64,000 nt of DNA. Source: Paragordius varius. Lineage: Eukaryota > Animalia > Nematomorpha. Within the stretch, counting starts at the first letter, position 1, and each line of letters opens with the position of its first letter. Both the position numbers and the translations under genes were made by a program. Location: positions 7,874,001 to 7,938,000 of the forward strand of contig OZ176051.1 of the NCBI GenBank assembly GCA_964247055.1, read 5' to 3'. The notes below the pieces were generated by a model. It was not told the DNA's origin. It saw nothing but the letters and a program-made list of their open reading frames with translations, and made no database searches. Shown piece after piece: positions 39,101 through 51,256 of this stretch.

Positions 39101-42100
39101 TATGAATGACCATATATATATTCTAAATGCGGCTCTTGAAGCGATTTGTGTTGGACATTTCTTCATTTATTGATTTACTTTTCCAAAACGCTTTGATCTC
39201 TGTGCAGACTATAGTAAATAAGTTGTTAGAAAAAATAATGCTTGAAGAATTATATTTGCGCAAGTTTTAATTTTGTGTAGTCCACCGTTTGGCGAACCTT
39301 GAGTTTGGGCTTATTAAATGGGTATCAGTTCTAAAATTATTATAAAATGACGACGAGACAAATTAAGTGTAAAGCGTGAAAACAAAAAATTTTAGATTTT
39401 TCCAACTATGTTATTTTTTTCTGTTTTTACTCTAAATGACATAATTACGATTTTTTATAATTAAAGGAGATAACCTATCCGTTAATAGGACGGATACCAA
39501 ATGGATGGAAATATTTACACAGGCTTACGATGAGTTGTTTTACAATACACATTTTTACCAAGGTGCCATAGTTAATAATCAAGCTGATTTAGTTCTATCC
39601 AACGTACAATACGAAGATACTACTCATTACAATGCCTATCAATGTCGATTAACTAGGAGTAGCATTATTCAACATAATAGAGATAATGGTGGGGATCGTC
39701 AAATTGAGTTCGCAAATTTTGATAATATAGTTAGTCCACCCATCTACCTCAATCTCAGCATTACAGGTGTCTATTAATACCTCCCCTATTTTTAGCACAT
39801 GCGCGTTATCAGCTATTAAAAGGAAATTGTTGTATTTAGCCGGTTTTTTCTCTTGGTTAAGTACACTAAAAAATACCGGTTTTCCAAAAATTTCTAATCA
39901 CTTCCATTGTTTTTTAGATAATTCTGATTTCAGTTTAATTTATAAATTGCTCAATTTTGATTTGATACAACTTCTATACAAAAATGAATTTTTATTTTAA
40001 TTTATTGTATGCTCAATCTGTTAAAATGTGATTTACCCAAAAATCAAAAACTATTTTTTTAAAATAAATTTAACATAGTAAATATATAGATACTGGAAAC
40101 GAAAAAAACTTTATACAATTTTCGGTTTTAACCGTTCAAAACAGATTTTTTCAAGATCAATATCAAAAACAATGATACCCGGTAAAATACTCGTTTACGC
40201 TTTGGTTAATTTATTTATATTGTGTGTAGGTTACGAACCAATGGCTCCTGTCCCTTCTGTCATTGTTTTGAGCCATGAATCGGCTTTGGTTAGTTGGGAC
40301 AATACGCCTTACAATGAGTTCAATGCTAAATATCCGCTTGTGGCATATTCTATACATTATACGCGTCTGGATAATCAAACTTTTATCTATGATATCGGTA
40401 AACTTTAAATTTATCTATTTTATATGTGTGATTAAGTTTTTTATGTATCATGATTGTTTGTTTTATAATTATATAATTTTGAGTTTAATTACTCTTTTTC
40501 AGCGTCACTGACACTTTTTTCGCTTAATGCCACCCATTTTTAACCTTTCATATCCTTTTAAGGTGGATAGATAACCAAAGGCCATTTATAATTTATATAT
40601 ATGAAAAAATATTTTTACCATTGGACCAAATTGAAAAATACGCTTTTATTAGCCTTTTAGGTTCATGTAAAACATTTTGAAAAATTTAAAATTGTGAAAA
40701 TATCCCACAAACGTTTCGCCGCCAATTTTTTATTTTTTAAATCGTCGATACTACACGCAAACTGTATAATTAGTTATAAAAATTAGTTTGGGCTTTATCA
40801 TTTTACAGCTAGTTTTTGATATTTAATTTATCAGCTGTTCCTTTCAATCGTGTTTTGGACCTGCTTCACAAGTTATAAAACTGTAAAAAGTATCCATGTT
40901 TTTTTATCTGGTACAGGAGAAGAGGGTTTCATAATTAAATTTTCCATCCATCCATCCATTCATTTTAGGTCCCAGGGTATCTGGGGTTTCCATGCACCAA
41001 CTTCCTGAACAATGTCCTATCAAAGACTTGTTCGTGTTCAATATTGAAGTGTGATAGATCTTGGGTCAGCTGTTTGGACCATGTGAGCTTAGGGCGGCCT
41101 TTTCTGTTTGGGCCGGGTATATTTAAATGTTGTATTTTTTGGACCCAGTTATCGGAATTCATACGTTGAATATGTCCGTAATATCGCAATCGATTGCGCT
41201 GGATGAATAAAGCTATGGGTTCATCTTCTTCTATGGTTTTATCAAAATTATTGTTGCAGATTTTGAGCATGTGATTTTCAGCTCTAGTAAGTCTATTTAG
41301 GTCTGTTGCTGTAAGGGCCCAGGTTTCTGTAGCGTATGTCATAGCTGGTCTTATTCCCATTTTGTAAATCTTTATCTTGTGATTCGATTTGATATTTTTA
41401 TTAGTTAAAATATATTTTAATTGATTGAATTTGGCCCATCCTTGTCTGATTCTATGAGAAATGGCATCCCTCAAAGAACCATCAGATGCTATATAATCGC
41501 CCAGATATGGAAAAGATGTTACCACTTCTAGTTTATCTCCATTAAAATTTATAGTACGTGGATTCGATATTGGCTGTGGTATTGATGAAGCACATGGTGT
41601 GCAGATGAAATTATTATTATTAATTAACTTTCCTTTTATGTTGGAACATTTTTTATGGACCCAATTTCTGCATTTTGTACAACAAAGTGAGTTTAGTTTT
41701 ACCTCAGTGGTGCACACTGGGCATGGGAACTTTATAGTTTTATGTTCATCTCCTGTGATTAGAATTTTAGTTTTGTTTGTATTGATTTTAAGACCGTATT
41801 TATGTAATTGTTTCGACCATATAAGATATTTATTTTCGAGTATTGAAATATCTTCTGCAGTGATTATGAGGTCGTCTGCATAAAGAATTTCATAAGGCAG
41901 ACCTTCTCTCATATCTTTTGTTATGTAATCAATTATAGCTATAAAAAGAAGTGGGCTAAGGACAGATCCCTGATGCAGCCCAGTATTTATACTAAAATAC
42001 TCTGAATTCCCAACAGGAGTAAGAACACAACTGATTGAGTTAGTGTAGATTAACATAATTAACTTAATGGTATATTCATCTACGTTGTTGTAGCGCAGTG

Positions 42101-45100
42101 ATTCTATTATTAGTGCTCTAGGTACTGAGTCGTAAGCCTTTTCTAAATCGACAAAAAGGTGGAATAGTTTACGACCTTTTGCTCGGTATTTATCTTGTAA
42201 TTGTCTGAGTAGGAAAATTGGATCGATTGTGCTTTTGCCCGCTGAAAAGGCGAATTGCATTGGATTAATTGATATGAGCTGGACGATACGATTTTTGAGG
42301 CACATTTCAAAAATTTTTAACCCATGTTCAAGAAGTTTTAAGGGCCTGTATGAGGAACAGGTTAGGATATCTCCTTTATTTTTGAAAATGGGAAATATAA
42401 TGCTTTTTTCCCAGTCTTTGGGTATTTTCATTTCAACTATTATTTTGTTAAATAAATTTGTTAGAAGCATGGTTATATTGGGTATTAATTTAATGATATC
42501 AAAACATAGTTCACTAGGGCCCGAAGCCTTGTTTGATTTCATTTGGTCTAAAGCAATCTCAATTTCTTGTATTGTGAATGTATTTAATGGGCCACAACAG
42601 GGATCTCGGTCAGAATTTATTATGGGTGTTAAAGGGTTGTTTAGATTTTGCTCCATATATTTTTGCCATATCGATTTAATTAATTCTGGTTGTATTTGTA
42701 AATTATTATTATTATCTTTTATACATTTAATCGTTGGTATATCTTTTTTGTTATTATTGTAAAGTTTCATATGTTTAAAAATTTTATTATTTTGGATTTC
42801 CTTTTCCAATTTATCGGCAGTATCTTTAGCCTTTTCATTCATTAATTTATTAATTTCCTTTTGAACCTTTTTGTTGTATTTATAATACTCAATTTTGTCG
42901 TTTTCTGTTTTCGATTTCTTCCATTTTTTATACAAACGCGCCTTTTCTTTAAGTAATGGCTTAATTGCATCGTCCCACCACCATTTCTTTTGGGCTTTGC
43001 TCTTTCTTCTACCACACCATTTTTCTACATTTTCAATCGTATTGCTTCTTAAACTTTGCCAGGAGTCTTCAACGTCAAGATTATCAATGTTTAAGTTAAG
43101 CGACTTTTTGAAATTATTCATTATATCAGGTTTTTTAAACTTGTGTATATTAAGTTTAGGTTTGGTTCTATGATTGAAAGGCCTTGAGTTAAATTTGAAA
43201 ATTGATGTTAAAACTTTATGCTGTGTTTCAGAGTTATAAGTGGTTGTATTTACCAGATATTTTCGAATGTGTTGGCTAGTTAGGATGTAGTCTATTGTTG
43301 TATTATTATTGCCAGAAGTGTATGTAATCAGTTTATTTTTGCTTTTGGTGAATAAAGTGTTTGCTAACTGTAGTCGCTGAGCTGCACAGAATTCTAAGAC
43401 ATTTTCTCCTTCTTTGTCCCGATTATCAAAGTTGTTGTATCCTCCATGTATACCAGAAAAACCTTCGCTGCTTCCAACATGTGCATTTAAATCTCCTCCA
43501 ATCATTATACAGTCTGTTTCGGGTATATTGGAACATATTTGATAGAGCTGATCCCAAAAATCCAGCTTGCATTTATCGGGCAAGCCTTTTTGGGGTGCAT
43601 ATACGGAAATAATATTGAGGATCAATTTGTTGTATATCATTCTAGCTTGAATAATTCTATCACTGTGACGGGTCACGGTAATTAGGTTTTGTCGATGTGT
43701 TTCTTTCATCATTATAGCGACGCCAGATTGTCCTTTGTTTCCACCTTGGTATAGTAATGAATAACCATCAAAGTGTTTTATACCTGCATTTTTATATCGA
43801 GTTTCTTGTAAACAGCATATGTTTAAATCTAAGTTTCGCACCGTATCTATTACCAGCCATTGCTTATTAACCATTGTTCCAACATTCCAAGAGCCAATTT
43901 TAAATGGTTCCGATATAGATTTGAAGTTTTTATTTAGATTATTGTATCTTATTTTTATTTTTGGTTGTTCATTTGTACCTGGTTTATTTATTATTGTTTT
44001 AGAATTATTTTTATTTCTATTATTTATGTAATTTGTATTTATAGGTATATTAGCATTATCATAATATATATTATCATTTATATTAAAATTTCGCATACCT
44101 ATATCCTACCCTTAAACGAACAATATTCGTTCTAATTGCTGAAATGAGTTTTTATTCATATTAATTTAATTTGAATACCGACCAAACAATGTATTTCACC
44201 CTATCGCTTTATTAAATGATAATCTGTTTTAAAGATTAATCCGAAAATTATTTTTTTGCGCATTGTTTTATAACTTAAAACATGAATGTACAATATTATA
44301 TATAAACTCTAAGCCTAAATTTCATACATATTTTTAAGGCGGATCTCGTAAAAATTTAGAGGGTGTGTTTTAAGGAGATTAGTATGGTTGGGGAATAAGG
44401 GAAATGAGTTACATATGTATTAAATACATTTTAGACAATTTAGAAAAACAAATAATAATTGGACCGGATCAAGGGAGTTTGCTTTTGGGCAAATTAAAAC
44501 CAAATTCAACATACAGCTTATACATGTTGGCCTACAATATACATAGTGCTAGCTTTCCATCTCAACCAAATATTAGATTCACTACCTCGATAGAGTACGA
44601 ATCTTATTTGTAACAATACTTTATTTGATAATTTATTTGGAGTTTTTTTAAATTAATTTTAACGGTGTTCGTTTGAACAAATAACAATTACTACTAAATT
44701 ATCCCAACAATTCAAATTCACCCTTGAACAATTCAAATTTACCCTAAAAATAAATTATCTGTTTTCGGGCTAATATAACTCATCATTAATATAAAATATA
44801 ATCTTATGACATAGTTTATTACTTTTTCAGTATTATATTAATTTTAAACAAAAATTTATTTTTGAAAATATAAAAAATATAGGTTAAATTTTAAAAAACA
44901 CATTGATCAAGGGTGAATTTAAATTGTTTAAGGGTTTTGAACTGTAAATGGTATATCATTATTGTGTGTATCCTACGTTAACAGGAATAAAACAGAACAT
45001 CGCAATGTAACCCATTTATCAAACAATGATTGGAAATATCAATTATCAAATAAAAATAATATTATAAGTAATTCATCAACCCCGTCTCAACAAATGATCA

Positions 45101-47070
45101 TGAATGATATGCCTTTACATTCTTCAGTTCCTACATCAGTTTTGTCCAATTTTTTCCAAATCAGTTTACCTCAAACATTAAAAGTTTTAAGGGGAGAAAA
45201 CGAATCTTTCACAGGTAATAGTACACCAAAATCAATCGTATCATACAATCAGGATCATCACAATACAACACTATTTCCCCCTGTTACAAACCATAAAAAA
45301 TTAATTTGGTTTGAACTTTCGAGCCTGTCTATTAACCCCTATGCATCTCATGATCTTAAAATTGGGAATCACAAATCCCATCTTCAACGCTTTAGAAATG
45401 GGTCCAATCACGTGCTCATTGTACATTACAATATCTCAAAAAATGTTTTGATAAAAGCTTTACCAGAATCTCAAAACATTCAGGATTCAAATAGCCCCAC
45501 TTTTGTTCAACTCATTTATTTTACTTTGGATGAAAACAAAATAGGTGAATATATATATATATATATATATATAACCAGGGATTAAAGCGGAGTTTTTGAT
45601 ATCGGTTCTGGTTTTATATCATTTTTAATTTCCAGCTTTTCATATGTTTTTTTAAAGGACCGGTTCCGGAGATATATTTCTTGTGAAAATGGTTTTTTAA
45701 TCAATTTTTGAAGTACGATGAAACATATATGATTTCTGTAAACAGTCAATTAATTGTATATATATATATATATATATATTGTCTAAAACGGTGATCTTTC
45801 ACAGTAATTATTTAGTTTTATATTATTAAATGTGATGACAATTTACATCTCTAATTCATATTTTACAAACAAATCAATATTACGAGTTTAAAAAAACCAA
45901 GATATTAAAGATATGGTTGTCTTTAAAAATTGTATTCATTTAAATTCTATCTCTTGCCTGGTTAATTTCATAATTTACTGAAATAATCTGGAACAAATAT
46001 AATACGTAAACGAACAAATCAGTAAACATATTAATTACTTTTTATTAAATCTTTTACTTTTTAATTAAATGCGTTTTTAAAAATACACCAGATCTTAAGT
46101 CTTATCCGTTTTCAACACTTAATTCAATGGGGGTGCTTTTATCTCAATCATTCCGAAACGGTTTTACACGGAAAGAAATATTTAACATCACTGGGTTACA
46201 TCTTAACGGAATAATGAAAAAACTAATTACTGAAAACACGCTTGCTCACGATATTTTATCCTATGTGAAAATTCAAGGCAAATAACACACTTTTTTTTAT
46301 TTAAAACCGAAAAATTTGCTGTTAATTTATTTATCTTTATTATATGACTTTTTTTGTTTGTTTCACTATTTGACAAAAACTTAAACTTTAATTAATTTTT
46401 ATGATATAGATATTTTTCCAAAGACAATTTATGCATTTACCTTGATTTTGGAAGCGAAAAAGTGCAATTTACTTATAGTTAATGAGAGCTATACCGAATG
46501 TGTAAATCGTATAAGTGATTGGCATTTTTTTAAGTTACCTGCCGAATTTACAGGTTGATTTTAAGCTTTTAAATTTTTCCCATTAGAATATTGGATATAT
46601 TTTACTTCTCCAATTTTATTTATTATTATCTAGATAACACTGACGAAATTATCTCTTTTGAAGGGTCAAAAACAGACCATAGTTCGATATCACCCTATTT
46701 CAAACAGTCGATTTTAATTAGATCATGGCTTATTATAGTCATAATATTTTGTGTTATATGTACTGTTCTCATAATTTCTTGTTTTTTAATTATTTGTACA
46801 AAAAAATATTTACTGAAACGTGGAAAACCATATAAAAACCATATATTTATATCGACATCAAAAACCGACCTTATGGAAAAATATAAATCAAACGGACAAA
46901 ATCCTACTCCCAGGAATGTTTCATTTTTAAGTTTACAGAATATGACAAATTTTTACGTATCAAAAAAGACAACTTTGACACAGTCTCCAAATTTTTATTC
47001 TTGCTCAGTTTTACCATCTTTCCCTCCAAAGAAAAATGATAGACATAAATATATTTACTCACCAGTTTGA
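33153..47070 (+). CDS. Protogenin/IGDCC (DCC-subfamily)-like Ig + FN3 type I membrane protein, ~1636 aa, 9 exons
   Basis: Exons 33153-34774, 36086-37011, 37585-38135, 38615-38801, 39467-39766, 40230-40397, 44435-44594, 44985-45544 and 46634-47070; all phase-consistent. Ig domain FRLK|CIGLGLPPPRVTWLKNG...LVLSNVQYEDTTHYNAYQC. FN3 domain W..TPYN...LVAYSIHY...QIIIGPD...LKPNSTYSLYMLAY resembles protogenin FN3-1. TM WLIIVIIFCVICTVLIISCFLIIC followed by KKYLLKR. Start and last exon are uncertain (possible extra intron 46957-47065). Confidence 0.75.
38953..39163. mobile_element. hAT(Charlie)-like MITE, ~210 bp
   Basis: TIRs caggaatgtccaac / gttggacatttctt; 8 bp TSD not conserved. Confidence 0.55.
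40943..44100 (-). mobile_element. RTE-clade-like non-LTR retrotransposon (LINE), apparently intact, antisense in an intron of the Ig-FN3 gene
   Basis: Single 1043 aa ORF; (ATGG)n-type 3' tail (plus strand tccatccatccatccattcat, 40943-40963) directly after the stop codon. 5' boundary and TSD unresolved. Confidence 0.92.
40965..44096 (-). CDS. APE endonuclease - reverse transcriptase with inserted PHD-type zinc finger
   Basis: EN motifs GSWNVGTM, LQETR, YAPQ, GDLNAHVG and TIDYIL; RT motifs YRPLKLL, FVDLEKAYD, GLHQGSVLSP and YADD; C4HC3 pattern CPVC..CTKC..H..C..CTPC; C-terminal RLRYYGHIQRM..RKGRPK. Confidence 0.95.
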   Translation of the reverse strand: MRNFNINDNIYYDNANIPINTNYINNRNKNNSKTIINKPGTNEQPKIKIRYNNLNKNFKSISEPFKIGSWNVGTMVNKQWLVIDTVRNLDLNICCLQETRYKNAGIKHFDGYSLLYQGGNKGQSGVAIMMKETHRQNLITVTRHSDRIIQARMIYNKLILNIISVYAPQKGLPDKCKLDFWDQLYQICSNIPETDCIMIGGDLNAHVGSSEGFSGIHGGYNNFDNRDKEGENVLEFCAAQRLQLANTLFTKSKNKLITYTSGNNNTTIDYILTSQHIRKYLVNTTTYNSETQHKVLTSIFKFNSRPFNHRTKPKLNIHKFKKPDIMNNFKKSLNLNIDNLDVEDSWQSLRSNTIENVEKWCGRRKSKAQKKWWWDDAIKPLLKEKARLYKKWKKSKTENDKIEYYKYNKKVQKEINKLMNEKAKDTADKLEKEIQNNKIFKHMKLYNNNKKDIPTIKCIKDNNNNLQIQPELIKSIWQKYMEQNLNNPLTPIINSDRDPCCGPLNTFTIQEIEIALDQMKSNKASGPSELCFDIIKLIPNITMLLTNLFNKIIVEMKIPKDWEKSIIFPIFKNKGDILTCSSYRPLKLLEHGLKIFEMCLKNRIVQLISINPMQFAFSAGKSTIDPIFLLRQLQDKYRAKGRKLFHLFVDLEKAYDSVPRALIIESLRYNNVDEYTIKLIMLIYTNSISCVLTPVGNSEYFSINTGLHQGSVLSPLLFIAIIDYITKDMREGLPYEILYADDLIITAEDISILENKYLIWSKQLHKYGLKINTNKTKILITGDEHKTIKFPCPVCTTEVKLNSLCCTKCRNWVHKKCSNIKGKLINNNNFICTPCASSIPQPISNPRTINFNGDKLEVVTSFPYLGDYIASDGSLRDAISHRIRQGWAKFNQLKYILTNKNIKSNHKIKIYKMGIRPAMTYATETWALTATDLNRLTRAENHMLKICNNNFDKTIEEDEPIALFIQRNRLRYYGHIQRMNSDNWVQKIQHLNIPGPNRKGRPKLTWSKQLTQDLSHFNIEHEQVFDRTLFRKLVHGNPRYPGT
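44671..44945. mobile_element. Family C foldback-like element, second copy
   Basis: aacaattcaaattcacccttgaacaattcaaatt ... tgatcaagggtgaatttaaattgtttaagg; core similar to 20070-20318 (aaatataatcttatg..., aattttaaacaaaa). Confidence 0.75.
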
Positions 47071-48066
47071 TGTGGAAACTACAAAGCAGGCTGATAATAG
47101 GATTTTGGAAAATGAATATCTATCATACCTTTTTAATCCAAATATATTTTTATTTATTATGTATTCAATCTAGTCATAATCGTTTACCCTTTTAGATACA
47201 TAATTAATTTTTATAAATCTTCGTTTTGGTATGTTATTATTTAATTAAGTCTATTAATACTACCTCTATCTCAAATTAAACATTTGTACCTATATCCCAT
47301 ACAAAGAGCTCAGATTTTATATTTTTAAACAACATGGTTATATAAAATTTTTAATCCCAATATATATATTATTTGTATTATAATTTATTGCTGTATTTTA
47401 TTTAGCCTAATAAATATTTTATTACATCGGTGCATAATTTATGCTTCCTAATTTCTACGACTTCTCTTATACTATGTCGTTTAAATTATGGAAGATGCTG
47501 AATTTTTAAAAACCAGACTTTTTATCGCTATAAATGTTGGGACTGACGCATTTTTTCTGGAAATCAGTAACAGGCATATTATTTATCATAATTTTAGATA
47601 ATTTATTTATAAATGCGTTGTTCATGGTCATCATTTATTTTTGGAGCGAAATTGGGTGAAACCTCACGATCCATAAAAAGGTTTCTAAAGAATCATTTCT
47701 CCTGAACTATCGCAATAGAAATACGTATTTAAGTATTTTGGAATATAGTCGTACCAAGAAGGTAAAATCTTTGAAGTGGTCATTTCGTTACTGTACTTAA
47801 CAACTGATCATCTAACAAACATATTAGCGCCGAATTTAATAAGGCCATCCATACATTTTAGTTTAACGGTATCGTTTTTTAAATCGTAGCAAAAATTTCG
47901 ATTGTAATCTTTGTTTGAGAGGTAAAATTGTTACATCTATTTGCCCGTTTCGACCGATATTCTATCAATATTTTTTGCTTAGCTAGAGCTTTGCTAAATC
48001 TGACCTAATATATTTAGGTCCAAACGTATGGCATACTTATGTATTTAAATAATTTTTATTCTATAC

Positions 48067-49673
48067 CATGGCTTCTTAAACTATGGGTCGCGACCCCATG
48101 GGGTCACGACTGATAAAAATACAATTTGACAAAAAGTGTTTAACTTATAAAATTATTGTTATAAAGAAAAATAACAATTATCGTAGATAAATATATCAAA
48201 AAATCTTCTGGTTCGGAAAGACTGTTTATACCAGCTTTTCTATTCCGATCATTATAATCTATTTATTTATGCAAATGGAAAATGCTGGCTTTGTGATCTG
48301 TTGGAAAACCGGTAGAACCATTCAAATCCAAATGTCAAAAAATATAATCATTAATGAATGCCCCGACAATCGCTTAGCCCTTTTTCTGAATTAGGTTCCC
48401 AGTGGCCCACCCCGTGTAAAAAACAGATTTTTTGGAAAACGGAAGTCCAAAAAAATAGTGTCTTTGAGACAATTTTCCGGTAAACGTGTTGGACCATTTA
48501 ATTTCAATGATTATTTTTACTTTATTCGATTGCGTCGAACCTAGTCGGCTTACTTTTTTAATTTAGGCTCTCTTTTTACCCGTTCCCCCCGTAAAATGCC
48601 ATTTTTTCAAAAAAACTAAATAATTTTTTCAGGGTATGAGCCGTTAAAATTCACCGAGGATTTGAGTTATTCTCTGTTAAAAGGCAAAAAATTATGTTTT
48701 GCGTTTTTTTAATATTGGCTGCTGAGTAAACAGATAGTCGCCAAAAACCGCCACTATATAGAAATTGTGTTGTTTTGAAGCTAATTTACAGAAAATTTAT
48801 GAAGCCATATGAACTCATTAAAAGCTCGAAATATTACCCGTAACTATGTAAAAATCAAGGTCGGATTTTTTTTATTAGCCGTTAATTTGGGGCCTTTATG
48901 CCCTAAAACGCCATCATATAACGATTATTTAGTGTTGATGTATTTTTTCGAATAACCCATGAGACGATTGTGTGAAAGATGATTCCAAATATTTGCCCTA
49001 TAAAGGCAAAGAATTTAACTCAGCGCTTTTTCTATATAGGTCTATGGGTAGGGGTCTCTCTGTTTAAAACTGAGAAGCCATTCTGGGGAATTTGTATAAT
49101 ATCATTTTTTCCTTTAAAAAGGGACCACAAATGATTTATATTTTATATCCCTTGATCCCAGTCGTATCAACAAAATTTTAAATTAAAATTTTTAACCATG
49201 ATTTTCGTAAACGAAAATCTTAAAATAAATCCGATGATAGTTGAATATTAATTTTATTGAGGGACAGATTAAATATGGTCAATTTCGAGTAAATAATATT
49301 TCAGACTATGCAAAAACCCGTAAAAGAATAATTTTAGACATTCTTTTTATTAAATATGTTTATTATTAATTTTTATTTCCATATTTATCGCAAATTATAA
49401 AGAATAATTATCAATGAGACTACGCCACACTGAAGCGTGACAGAGCCAGCTATCATCTTGTATAAATTTAATATGAATCAGAAAATGTTATAGAAATTTA
49501 TAAAAAATGTAGTTTTTTGTCAATCTCTCAAAACCGAAATAATCCCGATAAATATTATCAACAATAAGTGTTATTTTGAAAAAATTATTATTTTTCTTTT
49601 ATATTTGTTGGGGTCGTTAAGAAACTCGCAATCATAAATGGGGTCGGGAACTAGAAAAGTTTAAGAAGCCCTG
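48067..49673. mobile_element. Non-autonomous hAT (Charlie-like) element carrying a family A block
   Basis: TIRs CATGGCTTCTTAAACT / AGTTTAAGAAGCCCTG; 8 bp TSD ttctatac / ttctacac (7 of 8 match); subterminal ggggtcg motifs. Confidence 0.9.
48280..49070 (+). repeat. Repeat family A copy nested in the hAT element
   Basis: Homologous to 24705-25840 but lacks the two monomers at ~25208-25527. Confidence 0.85.
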
Positions 49674-50962
49674 TTCTACACTAAATATGTTAACTTTTAT
49701 AAACACTTTTCTATCAATTATTTAGTTAATATACGGGTGGATTATATGAATGGCAAATTAAAATTCTCAATCACTACATATAATTTAGAACATAGTGGCC
49801 CACATGTATCGAACTCTCCCCTAAAAGTCTATATTTGTTTGAAGATGACGATAACAGAGTGTGAAGCAAATTTTATGATAATGGCTCTAAGTGCATTTGT
49901 ATAAATCATTTTAAATAGGATATCTACCACGTTTTGCTAAAAACATAAAGCCATTATTTGTCAACTGGATTAAGGGGTCTGATTCAAATAATGAGTCAAT
50001 CACCCTCCGAGAATCGATAAAAATTAAAAAAAAAAATTATAAAGCTTGTGTGGGCCTCGTTTTTTGATACATTGTTACAAAGTCAATGTTTGAAAACCTT
50101 ATTTTTTAGGCGTTAATACGAACTGAAAAATAAATCAAAATCGGTTCAGACTCGGCTTACATTTAAAAATAAAATTAAATTCAAATGGTTTGAATGACAG
50201 ATAATTGTTTATTCAATAAATTTTTTAAAACCTTTTTTTATATGATTAGGGATAAACTAAAGACCGATTCGAAAAATGTCGCGCATTCGTAAGAAATAAA
50301 AATTTATTAAAAAAATAATACAAAAGCCATATATATATGTAGGCCTGATTTATCAAAGAGAGGGGTCCTGACTTAAAGGATGTTTAAAGTAGCCACCTTC
50401 GACGCATTAAAAATATAAAATGGATTAATTTTTGTTTGAAGGTTCTATGGGTAGAAGGGGGAAGGGGAGTGGGGTAAAAGGGGCTTCAATATTATTAAAA
50501 AACTCAACTTTTATATTCTCTGAACTAATATGTACTCAAAAATATCAGTTATCCTATAGTTTTTCTAAAAACATTTCAGGCAATAGATATACAAAGAACT
50601 TAAATAAAAATGATTGCTAAAATAAAAAACAAATATACAATCTTAATTTTAAATTTCGGATTTAACGGCCATAATTTTTTAAAAAACCTTCATTTTTAGG
50701 GATGGTTAATAAAAAACAAGGCCCACGGCGTCCGCTTAATATATATAATAATATTGAAACCGAAGTGTACCAAACGTCCCAAAATTTTTAACAAATTATA
50801 TTTTTATTTATTACGCGGTGGTGAAAACTGAAGAGTATATCAAAAAACAGCTTAGTAAAACTCGGTAGATTTACAAAGGTTTAAAATCCACTAAATTTCC
50901 GATTTTTATTAAAATTGCTTTAAAATTTTATATGTATAGTGCACACTAAGTCCTTATTAATA

Positions 50963-51183
50963 TTGGGGTAGTTTTATATCCCAGAATAATTTGAAGCTTG
51001 AATATCTTAAAAAGTATTAATTAATTGTTTGGAGCCCTCTCCAAATTTACGACTCTAGTCCCAAAACTGTAAAAAATAGGAGTTCTTTTATCTTATAAAT
51101 CAGGGATAGATAATTTTTTAACTAAATAACTTTCAAAACTGCAATTTGTGTATAAAGAGCTCTGGGATATATAACTACCCCAA
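50963..51183. mobile_element. MITE with 23 bp TIRs
   Basis: ttggggtagttttatatcccaga / tctgggatatataactaccccaa (1 mismatch); superfamily not assigned. Confidence 0.75.
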
Positions 51184-51221
51184 AATGTAAACTAGGTCAA
51201 AAAGAAAGGTAATGAAGTGTT

Positions 51222-51256
<35 letters not shown>

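Noticed and set aside
41599-44031. Several plus-strand ORFs of 70-177 aa
   Set aside because: Antisense shadows of the LINE ORF; likewise 15787-16041, 52908-53102, 59357-59659 and 60253-61230 shadow real exons.
40927-44170. Possible TSD of the LINE (ttcataattaaattt versus ttcatattaattt)
   Set aside because: Needs two indels, which is unlikely for an element with an intact ORF; low-complexity match.
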